Shown here: positions 19,801 through 20,091 of the stretch, piece after piece | Layout of the letters: every line of letters starts with the position of its first letter | Numbering within the stretch: position 1 is the first letter of the stretch | Source of the DNA: an uncultured virus (IMG/VR IMGVR_UViG_2061766007_000697) | Taxonomy: Duplodnaviria; Heunggongvirae; Uroviricota; Caudoviricetes | Strand: one strand, 5' to 3' | DNA: 20,091 nucleotides | IMG/VR virus record: IMGVR_UViG_2061766007_000697 | Made by a program: the position numbers and the translations under genes | Notes under the pieces: model-generated | What the model saw: the letters and a program-made list of their open reading frames with translations, nothing else | Databases searched by the model: none | What the model was told of the DNA's origin: nothing

Positions 19801-20091
19801 CGGTATCGACGTTATAGATGACACGACAAGGGCTGGTATAATCTATATAGACGGATCCAGTGCCGGTTACGTTGCCGAGGTATCAAATATCACCATATCG
19901 GGAACAACATATGTTTATGCACATGTTGGTATTGTACCGGATGCTAATGGAACTTCTTATACTGTTTATGGCAGCACTNNNNNNNNNNGGCCTCCGGCAA
20001 TGATCCTAAAGCCGGAAAAATTTATTTGGACGGTACATTCCTCGATTGGGGTCCTGTGCGCGAGCTGGAGAACAGTGGTGCAGAGGACTTC
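16879..20091 (+). CDS. Long repeat-containing putative tail fibre / receptor-binding protein (>1,000 codons, 3'-truncated)
   Basis: TTG start after GAGGTG. Every sequenced block between the eight gaps has one open, Thr/Gly/Asp/Tyr-rich frame with no stop through base 20091. Contains tandem YxGPFK...AGxIYxxG...QxxxGDIx repeats. A gene boundary hidden in the 558-N gap cannot be excluded. Confidence 0.65.
18715..20091 (+). repeat. Protein-level tandem repeats (~130-145 aa unit)
   Basis: QLHYGDIYL (18872), QVHYGDIYI (19266) and QIQHGDIHL (19673) are each followed by YNGPFK (18935), YNGPFK (19311) and YDGPFK (19742). AGIIYING, AGIIYIDG and AGKIYLDG recur, as do VYAHIG and VYAHVG. Confidence 0.85.

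Noticed and set aside
735..19988. Apparent frameshifts or pseudogenes in many genes
   Set aside because: Every frame change coincides with an N-run of estimated length. None occurs in determined sequence, so these are scaffold artefacts, not decay or programmed frameshifting.
17265..19988. Gap clustering in the fibre gene as a sign of hypervariability
   Set aside because: There are eight gaps here but twelve in the first 6 kb, so the density is similar and low coverage explains it. Read mapping would be needed to claim more.

Overview
This window is one densely packed + strand operon of about 17 genes that reads as the tail and baseplate module of a large contractile-tailed (myovirus-like) phage or prophage. 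It comes from a gapped scaffold with 27 N-runs of imprecise length, so many ORF-track entries are fragments of single genes and were re-joined here by hand. Gene order: tape-measure C-terminus, putative tube-initiator-like gene, hypothetical, baseplate hub, a sigma-70-family sigma factor, hypothetical, gp25-like wedge, baseplate J/gp6-like wedge, large wedge, small baseplate protein, protein with two DUF2190-like ends, five divergent paralogues sharing YPF/GxxxIGS/xING motifs (two with Cys clusters plus coiled coil), and a fibre-like gene of over 1,000 codons built from ~130-145 aa repeats that runs off the window. The main oddities are the sigma factor coupled into the baseplate genes where a central spike usually sits, the paralogue array with possible metal-binding Cys motifs, and the repeat fibre. 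Only the baseplate J and sigma calls rest on clear motifs. The others rest on gene order and composition and need profile or structure searches.
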